From NCBI GenBank assembly GCA_947476645.1, contig CANJRM010000007.1, positions 686-64,685 on the forward strand: a stretch of 64,000 nt of DNA, written 5' to 3'. This DNA comes from Bacteroidota bacterium. Lineage in GTDB: Bacteria; Bacteroidota; Bacteroidia; Chitinophagales; LD1. Position 1 is the stretch's first letter, and each line of letters opens with the position of its first letter. Positions 31,486 through 40,909 of the stretch are shown here, one piece after another. The position numbers and the translations under genes were made by a program. Under the pieces are notes generated by a model. That model ran no database searches, was not told the DNA's origin, and was given only the letters and a program-made list of their open reading frames with translations.

Positions 31486-32361
31486 CCAGTAATAGACTTC
31501 TTTGTTGTCGTTCGAGAAGTTCAAAAACCCACCAAATGTAATTCGAGGAACGGTGCCTTTAATATCCTCTACGCGATGCCAGATTGGACCACCTGAAAAA
31601 ACAAGAATATCTCCGGGTTGCGGCTTCACCGCAAAACTGCGCACGTCTTTTACATAGATAGGTTTGTCGTTATCGTCAATGACAAACTCATTATTCTCAG
31701 GGCTTTCTTTTCGTTTAACTTTATCCCAAAGCATATCATAGATAGTCAACTCGCCACCCGCATCGGGTTGTTGAAGCACCACGAAATAACTCAATTGGTC
31801 ATCCATGTCAATGTCATTTTTTATCAGCGAGTAGTAAAACATGCTCTGCGCCTGAAATAAATTTCCACAATGCACATGCAGCCCGCCCATGTTTGGATAG
31901 AACATTCTGAAAGTACCGGGAGCTACTTCTTTGTCTTTTATTTTATTGTGAGGAATGCTCACGCGATAATTCTTCGCTGCGGATTTGAAGAAGTTATCAA
32001 GTTTGCGCGCCAGATTACCAATAGAAGAATTGGTTTCTTTATGCTTATCAAAAAGCGAAAGTTTGCTGTAGTATGCTTCTAATCTTTCTGCGGTGTCAGT
32101 AATAATGGCAAAAGGCGCAGGAAACATTTTACCCGAAGGAGTAGGCATAAATTCGTCTTCATTCAAGTTCGCCAGAAAACTTTTCATCTCGTTTACTTCC
32201 TCGACAGTAAAAACATTTTTCGTGATAAAGCCATCGAGTTCGCGGTTTTTAATTTGACCTACCAGATCACCACGTTGTTCCAATTCTTCAAAAGGCACTT
32301 CTATGAAATTGAAAAATATTTCATCGCCATATATACGTGCTGTGTTTGTGGTATTTTTCAT
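31480..32361 (-). CDS. WelO5/AmbO5-like carrier-independent Fe(II)/2OG halogenase candidate
   Basis: VHCGN (HxG, no carboxylate ligand), DQLSYF, PDAGGELTIY, PGDILVFSGG.IWHRV, PRITFGGFLNFS…VYYWS C-terminus. These match WelO5 motifs as recalled. ATG 32361 preferred. Confidence 0.8.
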   Translation of the reverse strand: MKNTTNTARIYGDEIFFNFIEVPFEELEQRGDLVGQIKNRELDGFITKNVFTVEEVNEMKSFLANLNEDEFMPTPSGKMFPAPFAIITDTAERLEAYYSKLSLFDKHKETNSSIGNLARKLDNFFKSAAKNYRVSIPHNKIKDKEVAPGTFRMFYPNMGGLHVHCGNLFQAQSMFYYSLIKNDIDMDDQLSYFVVLQQPDAGGELTIYDMLWDKVKRKESPENNEFVIDDNDKPIYVKDVRSFAVKPQPGDILVFSGGPIWHRVEDIKGTVPRITFGGFLNFSNDNKEVYYWS

Positions 32362-32459
32362 TTGAATATGATTGAAATCAGAAAATAATTCTGTCAAACT
32401 TAATTATTTTCAAGTTTCAAAATAAACACAGGAAGACGATCTTCTTTCGAGATAAAACA

Positions 32460-33347
32460 ATGCGTGTTGTGAGCCCTATTTTTAAAAACGAATCGTTGCA
32501 AACGCTGTTTGAAAAAAACGGATTTGTGAAAGTGCCTTTGCTCAATCTGCAACAGGTTAATGAGCTCAATGATTTTTTTGCAGCGCATAAAGAACTGCAT
32601 GCTACCGTTGACAATCTTCACCACACCACTACCGATACTCAAAATCCGGAATTAATTCTTAGTGTGGATGCAAAAATCAAATCTGTTTTTCTTCCTGAGT
32701 TAGAAAAGGTGCTTGTTGACTTTAAAGGATTGGCGGGTTGTTTTCATATTAAAGAGTCGGGTATAGGCTCTGAAACAGGAATACATCAGGATCCGACTTT
32801 TGTGGATGAAAATAATTTTTTCAGTGCGAATGTTTGGGTGGCATTGCAGGATATTGACAAAACAAACGGCAATCTCTTTTTTGTGAGCGGCTCTAACCGT
32901 GCTATCACATCCCTGCGCGTTACGCCTGCGTTCCCGAGTTATTACGAAAGCTTTCAGCAAGCTTTGCCTGAAATGGCTACGCATGTTTCGTTGAAAAAAG
33001 GTGAAGCTGTAATATTCAACAACGCAACTATTCACGCGGCTACTGAAAATTTATCGAGCGATAGTCGCTTAGCGGCTACACTGCTTGTTTGCTCTGCATC
33101 GGCTCAATGGCTTTTGTATTATCAGGAAAAAGGTGCGGCAAACGATAAGATTGAAAAGTATCATTTAGATGTGGATACGTTTTTCTCTATTGCTAACAAC
33201 GGAAGACCCGATAAGAAAGCGTTTAAAGAATTTATTGCTTATGAATATCCACAACTAACCAAAGAAGAATTTTTGAGTCTTACAGGTCGAAAGAAAAACT
33301 ATCTGCAACGAATTACCGATGTTTTTAGAATGAAGAGTGCGGTATGA
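32460..33347 (+). CDS. PhyH-like Fe(II)/2OG dioxygenase
   Basis: IHQDP, NVWVAL, TIHA…R. Confidence 0.9.
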   Translation: MRVVSPIFKNESLQTLFEKNGFVKVPLLNLQQVNELNDFFAAHKELHATVDNLHHTTTDTQNPELILSVDAKIKSVFLPELEKVLVDFKGLAGCFHIKESGIGSETGIHQDPTFVDENNFFSANVWVALQDIDKTNGNLFFVSGSNRAITSLRVTPAFPSYYESFQQALPEMATHVSLKKGEAVIFNNATIHAATENLSSDSRLAATLLVCSASAQWLLYYQEKGAANDKIEKYHLDVDTFFSIANNGRPDKKAFKEFIAYEYPQLTKEEFLSLTGRKKNYLQRITDVFRMKSAV

Positions 33348-34219
33348 AACCATTGCTCCAATCAGCGGCACTTCAAACTGAATTTGAAGAAAATGGTTTT
33401 GTGAAAGTGCCTTTGCTTTCTGCTTCAGAAGCCGAAAGATTACTCGTTGCTTACCAAGCGGTAGCTGCGGCACATGAAAAAATAAATATTCCTTACATCA
33501 CCACCAGCCACTCCAACGATTCGGCTTTGATAACGCATGTAGACGGAGTTTTACAAAAAGTTATTGCTCCGGCTTTGAGTAAAGTGTTGAGCAATTACAA
33601 TTTGCTCTTCGGCAATTACCTCGTGAAAATGCCGGTTACAAATTCTGAAACGGAACCGCATCAGGATATTACGTTTGTAGATGAAACTGAATTTGCTTCG
33701 GTAAATGTTTGGGTGGCACTGCAGGATACGAATGAAGAGAATGGCTGCATGTATTTTTTAAAAGGTAGTCATCATCTAATGCCAACCTTACGACCAACAC
33801 ATAATTACCCTTGGGCTTATAAAAATGTGAAAGAGGAAATTAAAAAGCAGGCGGAGGTTTTTACTGCCAAAGCAGGCGATGCTTTTATTTTTAATCATGC
33901 GGTAGTGCATGGCTCATTTCCGAATAGAACAAAACAACCAAGAGTGGCTGCGGTAATTGCTGCTTATCCGAGCGATGCACAATTGCTTCATTATTATTTG
34001 CCCGACGGAGAGAAAAATAAAGTGCAGCAATACAGCATGACGAAGGAAGCGTTTCTTCACTTCAAAAAGGGACAGCCGCCTGCTAAAGGAGTATTTCTGA
34101 AGGAAGTGAATTTTGATTTTAAGCAATTGAGCAAAACTGAATTTGATTTGCTGAGGAATAAAAAATCTAAACCGGTTTCGCTGTTTAGTGCAGTATCTAA
34201 ATTTTTGAAAGAAAGTTGA
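33344..34219 (+). CDS. PhyH-like Fe(II)/2OG dioxygenase
   Basis: PHQDI, NVWVAL, GSH, VHGSFPN…R; ATGA overlap with upstream gene. Confidence 0.9.
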   Translation: MKPLLQSAALQTEFEENGFVKVPLLSASEAERLLVAYQAVAAAHEKINIPYITTSHSNDSALITHVDGVLQKVIAPALSKVLSNYNLLFGNYLVKMPVTNSETEPHQDITFVDETEFASVNVWVALQDTNEENGCMYFLKGSHHLMPTLRPTHNYPWAYKNVKEEIKKQAEVFTAKAGDAFIFNHAVVHGSFPNRTKQPRVAAVIAAYPSDAQLLHYYLPDGEKNKVQQYSMTKEAFLHFKKGQPPAKGVFLKEVNFDFKQLSKTEFDLLRNKKSKPVSLFSAVSKFLKES

Positions 34220-34220
34220 T

Positions 34221-35129
34221 ATGAGTAAGCCGAAAGTTTTTCGTGATGAAAAATTGCAAAACGAATTTGATGAAAATGGTTTTGTGAAGTTTCGCATGTT
34301 CAAGCCTGAGCAGGTAAAGCGGTTGCACGATTTTTATTTGCAAACACAACATCAACACGAAACAGTTATTGATAAGAGAAAGTTTCACGCTACTAACGAT
34401 ACGGATAATGCTACATTAATTAATAGCGCAGATAGTTTTATTAAGGAAGTAATGTTTGAAGAAATTGACAAGCACTTCTATAACTACAAAACAATTGCAG
34501 CTAACTATCTGCTCAAACAATCTTCGCCTGAATCTGAATTAGGTCCGCATCAGGATTTACGGTTTGTAGATGAAGAGAAATTTTATTCGTTCAATATTTG
34601 GGTGGCTACAGAACCTACTGATAAAAGGAATGGTTGTCTGCGCTTTCTAAAAGGTAGTCATAGATTCCACGATACCATTCGTGCATTGCCTACTTATCCT
34701 TGGAAATACGAAAGCGTGATTAGAGAAATTCCGAAGTATTTTACAGATGTAACGACTGAAGTTGGCGATTGTATTATTTTGAATCATGCCTGCATTCACG
34801 GCTCGTATCCTAATTTATCAGGGCAAACAAGAATTGCCGCTATACTTGCCATGATACCGGAAGGAGCATCTATCTGTCATTACTTTTTGCCCGATGGAAA
34901 TCCGCAAAACAAAGTGGAGAAGTATGCGATGACGCTGAATGATTTTATCAACTTGAAAGGAGGGCAGCGGCCTGAACATGCTGTGCTGGAAGAAACATTT
35001 ATGTATGATTTTTCGCCTGTGGAGGCGGGGCCGTTTTTGAAATCTATTGCTAATAAAAAGTCACAAGAAAATAATGGTTACCAATTTATCAGAAACCAAA
35101 TCACCGCCTTGTTTAAAGGCGTTAGATGA
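34221..35129 (+). CDS. PhyH-like Fe(II)/2OG dioxygenase
   Basis: PHQDL, NIWVA, GSH, IHGSYPN…R. Confidence 0.9.
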   Translation: MSKPKVFRDEKLQNEFDENGFVKFRMFKPEQVKRLHDFYLQTQHQHETVIDKRKFHATNDTDNATLINSADSFIKEVMFEEIDKHFYNYKTIAANYLLKQSSPESELGPHQDLRFVDEEKFYSFNIWVATEPTDKRNGCLRFLKGSHRFHDTIRALPTYPWKYESVIREIPKYFTDVTTEVGDCIILNHACIHGSYPNLSGQTRIAAILAMIPEGASICHYFLPDGNPQNKVEKYAMTLNDFINLKGGQRPEHAVLEETFMYDFSPVEAGPFLKSIANKKSQENNGYQFIRNQITALFKGVR

Positions 35130-36762
35130 ATTAGGTTTTTGCACTTTTCCGGTTTTTGAAAACAACGAAGTGGAGCAATTGCTTTCGTTGTATCACAGCA
35201 ATTTTGGAGAGCGAAGTATCAACGCCCTTTACGCTTCGCACAATTCGAACCCCGTGGAGCAGAGTTTGTATGTAAGCAGAGAGATAAAAAAGATAGTCAG
35301 CGAATCGCTGCAAAGTATTTTTCCTGACTACGAATATTTTCTCGGGCATTTTATGGTGAAGGGCGCTAATGTTGAGAAAGAGTTTTCGCTGCATCAGGAT
35401 TGGAATATTGTAGATGAGTCGAAATATAAAAGCTATCAGGTTTGGATTCCGTTGCAGTTAAGTTACCCGGCCAACGGGGGCATTTTTGTGGTGCCGGGTA
35501 GTCATCAGTTTTTTGGCAATTACCGCAGTGGCAGTTATGGAATTCCTGTGGTGCCCTTTGATGAAAAGGTTAAACCATTGATAAGCGATATCATAGTGCC
35601 TGCCGGAAATGCATTGGTGTATCACAATGGTTTGTTTCATGCTTCGTATCCGAATACTACTGATGAAATTCGAATTGCGGTGATTGCCAACTTTGTAGAA
35701 AAGCGCGCCCCTACTTTCTTCTTTCATAAAAACAAAGAAGCCAATGCTACTGAACTCTATGAGATAACCGGAGAGTCGTTGATTGCGCAATTGCCGCAAT
35801 TTGAAAAAGGAATAGTTGACAGTAGTTACATTCTCAACAGCACTGTTCCGCTTTGCAAAACAGATAATGCACAAATTACTTCTGCCGATTTGGTTTCGCA
35901 TTACGAAAAAAAATTTTGCAAAGAACCTGCCGCACAAATCAAACAGCTGCACATAACAGTAACTGATGAGTTGGAACAAAAACTAAATGAAGACGGCTAC
36001 ACCGTAATTGATTTGCTTGATGCAACGCAGGTTGAGTTTTTCAAAAAAGAATACAACACGCACTTCGGTAACATAGACCGAACACCGGGACGATTCACCA
36101 CGCTGCAAGACACCGATGCCGTGATGAAAAAACAGATTCACGATTTTATTGTAAAACATATTGATGCTCCGCTGCGCAAATATTTTAAAGATTTCATTAT
36201 TCCGGTTTCGCAGTTTTATACTAAGAAAGCGCACACCAGTGGCGATATTGATTTGCATGCCGACAGCACGCTTCTGCTCAATCATCAACTGGAACCGCAC
36301 TATGCCATTTGGATTCCACTGATTGATGTAGATGCCAGCAACGGCACACTAACGGTTATTCCAAGAAGTCATCGTATGAACGGTGCTTTTTTCAGCGGTA
36401 CGTTTGCTTGCTATCATCAGGCGCATTTAGATTGGTTGCGCCAATTTGAAGTGCCTATAAAACTAAAACCCGGACAGGCAGTTATTTTCGATAACAACGC
36501 TTTGCATAATTCTACAGCTAACCAAACAGATATTGACCGCTTATGTTTTACTTTCAGAATAACACACACCGCTTCGCAGTATTATAGTTTTGTGGGTGAT
36601 GGAAATGAAATTGTGGTGCATGAAGAGGGACACAATTTTTACATGGATAGCAACTGGGATGGAGAAAATAAAAACCCCAATGCTAAATATGCGGGCACAT
36701 TAAAAAACAGTCTCACTAAAATTTCAAGAGAGGAACTTCAAAAAATTTTAATGCCGAATTGA
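35074..36762 (+). CDS. Didomain PhyH-PhyH Fe(II)/2OG dioxygenase
   Basis: Domain 1 LHQDW…FHASYPN..R; domain 2 LHADS…LHNSTAN..R. ATG 35074 preferred. Confidence 0.88.
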   Translation: MVTNLSETKSPPCLKALDELGFCTFPVFENNEVEQLLSLYHSNFGERSINALYASHNSNPVEQSLYVSREIKKIVSESLQSIFPDYEYFLGHFMVKGANVEKEFSLHQDWNIVDESKYKSYQVWIPLQLSYPANGGIFVVPGSHQFFGNYRSGSYGIPVVPFDEKVKPLISDIIVPAGNALVYHNGLFHASYPNTTDEIRIAVIANFVEKRAPTFFFHKNKEANATELYEITGESLIAQLPQFEKGIVDSSYILNSTVPLCKTDNAQITSADLVSHYEKKFCKEPAAQIKQLHITVTDELEQKLNEDGYTVIDLLDATQVEFFKKEYNTHFGNIDRTPGRFTTLQDTDAVMKKQIHDFIVKHIDAPLRKYFKDFIIPVSQFYTKKAHTSGDIDLHADSTLLLNHQLEPHYAIWIPLIDVDASNGTLTVIPRSHRMNGAFFSGTFACYHQAHLDWLRQFEVPIKLKPGQAVIFDNNALHNSTANQTDIDRLCFTFRITHTASQYYSFVGDGNEIVVHEEGHNFYMDSNWDGENKNPNAKYAGTLKNSLTKISREELQKILMPN

Positions 36763-36764
36763 AC

Positions 36765-38051
36765 ATGAATGAAGCGCAGACCAACCCAGAAATAGCTATT
36801 GACGTAAAAAATATTTCGAAAGAATATTTTATGGGCAAAAACCATTCTGTAAAGGATGGTGACAAACATTTTTTTGCACTCAACGATGTTTCGTTTACGC
36901 TCAATCGTGGTGATGTGCTGGGTATTATCGGCAGCAATGGTTCGGGTAAATCTACGCTGCTCAAAATCTTAAGTCAGATTACAAAGCCAAGTGCGGGTGA
37001 AGCACATTTTTACGGCAGCGTTACTTCTATTTTGGATGTAGGAAATAATTTTCATCCTGATTTAACCGGAAGAGAAAATGTGAAGATTCAACTCAAACTT
37101 GCGAGTGTTCCTTCCAATCAGTTTGAAACTTACTACGAAAAAACAAAAACGTTCAGCGAGATTGGTGAGTTCTTTGACCAACCCGTGAAATATTATTCGA
37201 GCGGTATGTTTTTACGTTTAGCATTCTCTCTTGCTTTTCATCTTTCGTCCGATATTTTAATTCTTGATGAAGTGCTTTCTGTTGGCGATGAAGGGTTTCG
37301 TTTAAAATGTCAGGAGTTGTTGAAAAAGTTTACCGATAGCGGTAAAACAATTTTGTTTGTGTCGCACAACCGTGCTGACATTCTGGAGTTGAGCAATAAA
37401 TGTATTTGGTTAGATAAAGGACGGATCAAAAAAATGGGTGCGCCTACCGAAGTGTTGGGAGAATATTTTGCCATGCACCGCGATAATTTTGATGCGCAAA
37501 AAACAATTATTGATGTGCATACTCCGCATACCGACAGCGATGGCACATTGCATTTGCATTGGAGCGAAGCCGAAGCACCGGGCAATGATATTATAGCTGT
37601 ACGCGAGTTATCGGTTCAATCGCCTGCCGGCAAATTATTTTCTTCTGAGCCCGTGGAAATAAAATTTGTGATTGATAAAAAGAAAAGCGGAGTGCAGATA
37701 GGAGCCTTCTTTTTTCTCGAAGATGTTTTTTATCAGCCGGTAATGGTTGGTCACTTTTTAAATAACTCGGGCGCACAGCATTTTGGTAACGAGTTAAAAA
37801 ACCAAACCGGTTTGGTGGAAATTAAATCAACCATTCCCGCAAACTTTCTTGTGCCCGGCAAATATTTTTTCCTCGTTCGTTTTGGAATGGAAGAAAACGA
37901 ATGGCACACTACTTCGAGCGAAGCGTTTCGGTTCTCCGAAAAAATGAGTTTCACGATTCATGCAAAAACCGACTACGTAGATTTTGTTGGCGACATCAGC
38001 AAAGGCTCGGTGCGCCCGCCTTTGGGTTGGTCAATTCAAAAAATAAATTAA
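36765..38051 (+). CDS. wzt: Polysaccharide ABC exporter ATP-binding subunit with C-terminal Wzt_C-like domain
   Basis: FALNDVSF, GSNGSGKST, YSSGM.LRLAF, ILILDE, VSHN; C-terminal beta-rich domain. Confidence 0.85.
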   Translation: MNEAQTNPEIAIDVKNISKEYFMGKNHSVKDGDKHFFALNDVSFTLNRGDVLGIIGSNGSGKSTLLKILSQITKPSAGEAHFYGSVTSILDVGNNFHPDLTGRENVKIQLKLASVPSNQFETYYEKTKTFSEIGEFFDQPVKYYSSGMFLRLAFSLAFHLSSDILILDEVLSVGDEGFRLKCQELLKKFTDSGKTILFVSHNRADILELSNKCIWLDKGRIKKMGAPTEVLGEYFAMHRDNFDAQKTIIDVHTPHTDSDGTLHLHWSEAEAPGNDIIAVRELSVQSPAGKLFSSEPVEIKFVIDKKKSGVQIGAFFFLEDVFYQPVMVGHFLNNSGAQHFGNELKNQTGLVEIKSTIPANFLVPGKYFFLVRFGMEENEWHTTSSEAFRFSEKMSFTIHAKTDYVDFVGDISKGSVRPPLGWSIQKIN

Positions 38052-38071
38052 AATTTTGCTCTTCGGTTTAA

Positions 38072-38926
38072 TTACAAGCGCGAGAAGAAACGTTTCAGCC
38101 CGAACCACTTCATGCGTTCATCCATATATGGTACGGCAGAAGAAGGAAGCGTTTTTACGAGCGTGTTTGTTTCGGGTTTTTGGAAATGGTTGTAATGAAT
38201 AAAGAAGTCGGTGTTCGGAACCGAATAGACTTCAATCTCTTTACTTCCCTCAGGCATACAATAATGTATAACCGGTGCGGCTGCCGGAGCCACCGAAAGA
38301 TTAATGGCAGGTCGAACTGTTTTTGTTTTGTTAGGTGGCGAATAATGCAGAAGCGCATGGTTGTAAAAAATAGCATCGCCTGCTTTCATTGGCAAAAGCT
38401 TTCCATATTTTTTTATCCATTGAGGCTCATGTATCCGGTGCGTTTGCCTAATCAATGGCCCGCGAATAGCATTCGTTACTTTGTGCGAACCTTCAATAAT
38501 ACCTAGGCAACCGTTTTCTTCATTCACATCTATTAATGGAACCCAGATAGAAACGGTGTGGTAAGCGGCTTCATCTATATAACACCAGTCGGCATGTAAA
38601 TCCATGGCGTTCTGCGCATCCGGATTTTTAATCATGAAATTGGCAAAGAGCGAAGTGAAATTATTGAGGTGCGGTGCCGCTTTAGGAAACACCACTTGAG
38701 TGATGGTGTCGTGCACTAACTTTTTATACGCCACATCTTTGCTGAAATGCGTAGTGGCAAAAAAACCATTGTATTCATTTTGATGCTTCGCAAATAAAGA
38801 AGCGAGCGTGTCAACTTCATTGGCATTCAACAGCGATGGAAAAAGCACATAGCCCTTGCGTTCAAATTGTTCTTGCTGTTCGGCATTTAGAAAAGAAGGA
38901 TACATGGCAGTGTGGTGAGCCGACAA
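38072..38926 (-). CDS. PhyH-like Fe(II)/2OG dioxygenase
   Basis: LHADW, SIWVPL, GSH, LHYSPPN…R; start uncertain (TTG 38926 or ATG 21 nt downstream). Confidence 0.88.
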   Translation of the reverse strand: MSAHHTAMYPSFLNAEQQEQFERKGYVLFPSLLNANEVDTLASLFAKHQNEYNGFFATTHFSKDVAYKKLVHDTITQVVFPKAAPHLNNFTSLFANFMIKNPDAQNAMDLHADWCYIDEAAYHTVSIWVPLIDVNEENGCLGIIEGSHKVTNAIRGPLIRQTHRIHEPQWIKKYGKLLPMKAGDAIFYNHALLHYSPPNKTKTVRPAINLSVAPAAAPVIHYCMPEGSKEIEVYSVPNTDFFIHYNHFQKPETNTLVKTLPSSAVPYMDERMKWFGLKRFFSRL

Positions 38927-39856
38927 TTAGTTAGGGCGATATTTTTTGATGAGGCGCAGCAATTCTTTATCGGTCAAATTGAACGGCTCAAACTTTACGG
39001 TTTCCTTTTTCCATAAATTTTCATCGGGCTTCGAAATAAAATCGTAACCGTAGTAGAAGTTTTCGGTCACCACATATTTTTCAATCAAACTATCGTCAAT
39101 GTCTTTGTTGCGGAAATAATAAATTAACTCATAATTTTTGCGCAACACAGTTATCGTAATCGCATGACGAATTTCTTTCGAAAGATTGGGCGCACTGGCG
39201 TGAATAACCGCAGGGTCAAACACAATTACATCACCGGCTTTAACGGTTACCGGTTGCGTGTGCTTGTAAAGTGTAGGAATGTGTTTCTTAAACTGCCAAG
39301 GCACTCCCAAACTGCGCTGTGTGTTTCCCCAAAGATGGCTGCCGGGCACAAAAGAAATAGGACCGTTCTCCATGGTTACATCGCAAAAAGGAATCCAAAC
39401 AAAAAGACAGTAATCTTTTTCTTCGTCAATGACCGTACTGTCCTGATGAATCAGCAAATCGCTGTTGACGTGTGGAGGTTTTACCTGATAAGCCCCACCG
39501 GTGTGAGGGTCCACCTTATCCATTTTAAACATGCGCGGCAAAACAGTTGCCGCATTTTTGTTGATGACGTCCTGTGTTTTCTTTCTTATTTCAGGATTGA
39601 ATAATCGTCCGCTATTCAATAAGTTTTTATCGAGTTCAAATCCTTCGAGCTTCGAAATTTCGGTAAACGTGTCCATGAAGCTTTTTATTTCTTCGGGCTT
39701 CACCACGTTTTCAATTACACACCAGCCATGCGTTAAATAATACTGATGCTTTTCTTCATCTAAAAAAAATCCTTCTTTTCTAACTTCTAAATGCGGATTT
39801 ACAGTTGCCACTTCGGGCTCACCAAGGATGGAAGAAAAAAACGAACGAATACTCAT
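38927..39856 (-). CDS. PhyH-like Fe(II)/2OG dioxygenase
   Basis: IHQDS, VWIP, PGSH, IHASAPN…R. Confidence 0.9.
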   Translation of the reverse strand: MSIRSFFSSILGEPEVATVNPHLEVRKEGFFLDEEKHQYYLTHGWCVIENVVKPEEIKSFMDTFTEISKLEGFELDKNLLNSGRLFNPEIRKKTQDVINKNAATVLPRMFKMDKVDPHTGGAYQVKPPHVNSDLLIHQDSTVIDEEKDYCLFVWIPFCDVTMENGPISFVPGSHLWGNTQRSLGVPWQFKKHIPTLYKHTQPVTVKAGDVIVFDPAVIHASAPNLSKEIRHAITITVLRKNYELIYYFRNKDIDDSLIEKYVVTENFYYGYDFISKPDENLWKKETVKFEPFNLTDKELLRLIKKYRPN

Positions 39857-39883
39857 AAGCGAAATGGTTTAATAAAGGCTTGC

Positions 39884-39891
39884 CAAAAGTA
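39884..39891 (-). promoter_or_regulatory. Bacteroidota sigma70 -7 element
   Basis: TACTTTTG on minus strand 28 nt upstream of the 39856 start. Confidence 0.55.
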
Positions 39892-39990
39892 AAAAGATTT
39901 TGTGCGCGTGTTGCTGATTGCGGTCACTGTGTTTACCTGAAATGTAAGTCGGAGACTTACACCAAACAATAATCCTTCTATCTTTAAGCC

Positions 39991-40908
39991 ATGATTTTAG
40001 CAGTTTTGGTTTGCGCTATTGTGTTTCAGTTTGGAATCATTGCGTGGTTACTCTTTATTAAAACAAAAGCACCGGTCAAGGCAGAAGCCATAGCCACCAA
40101 CACACCCGAAAAGGTGGCTGCGTTTTACAACGAAACCACCGACAAGTTTTTAAAAGTTTATGGAGAAATAATTCAGGCGTTTCGCACTACTAATGTGGAA
40201 GATTATTTGAAATACACTATCGAAAGTGCTGGCATTAGCAACGGAATGAAAATTATTGATGCCGGTTGCGGAGTATGTGGGCCATCAAGTTTTATTGCAC
40301 AGCAACTTCCCGAAATTAAGATTGACGCTTGCACCATTTCAGAAGTGCAGGCAAAACTTGGTGGGGAAAAGCTAAAAGAGAAAAATGTTGAGGCACAGGT
40401 AAAAATCACTTTAGGAGATTATCATAAACTGAATGAACTGTTTGAGAACAACGCTTATGACCGCGTTATTTTTCTCGAATCATTTGGACACTCGAACAAT
40501 AAACCGAAAGTGATTTACGCTGCCTGGAACGTGTTGAAGCCCGGGGGAAAACTCTATATCAAAGATTTGTTCATTCGCGAAAGTGCGAATGATTGGGAGC
40601 AGGTGCGCATCAATCATATTTGCGGGCAAATCAATGCGGCTTACGAATACCAGATTGGCGATTTATATGAAGTGGTTTCTGCTATCCGCAAGCAAGGATT
40701 CATTATCAGTTTCATTCGCCCGCCACAAGTTGATTTAACTTCGTTTGAACACCTTACTATTTCTAATGACTTTCAAAATCTGTTCAACATTGGTAAAATA
40801 GATTCTTGGGATGACTATGTATTTCCGATTGACTTTTTTGAAATACTGGCAGAAAAACCTGCATTCAGTTTAGAAGAGCAAAAGCATCTCTATCACATGA
40901 ACCGCTAA
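39991..40908 (+). CDS. Class I SAM methyltransferase with N-terminal TM (sterol/tocopherol/CFA-MT-like)
   Basis: VAAFYN, IIDAGCGVCG, TISEVQ, GDYH, FLESFGH, LKPGGKLYI. Confidence 0.85.
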   Translation: MILAVLVCAIVFQFGIIAWLLFIKTKAPVKAEAIATNTPEKVAAFYNETTDKFLKVYGEIIQAFRTTNVEDYLKYTIESAGISNGMKIIDAGCGVCGPSSFIAQQLPEIKIDACTISEVQAKLGGEKLKEKNVEAQVKITLGDYHKLNELFENNAYDRVIFLESFGHSNNKPKVIYAAWNVLKPGGKLYIKDLFIRESANDWEQVRINHICGQINAAYEYQIGDLYEVVSAIRKQGFIISFIRPPQVDLTSFEHLTISNDFQNLFNIGKIDSWDDYVFPIDFFEILAEKPAFSLEEQKHLYHMNR

Positions 40909-40909
40909 C

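Noticed and set aside
34221-36762. Frameshifted triple-PhyH fusion
   Set aside because: The upstream gene ends in the same type of terminal helix as its paralogs, and the downstream gene has its own ATG at 35074. A 56-nt overlap is sufficient.
39915-39965. Cobalamin riboswitch fragment (gtcactg…aagtcggagac)
   Set aside because: The region is too short and lacks the 5' core. The match is explained by a simple inverted repeat.
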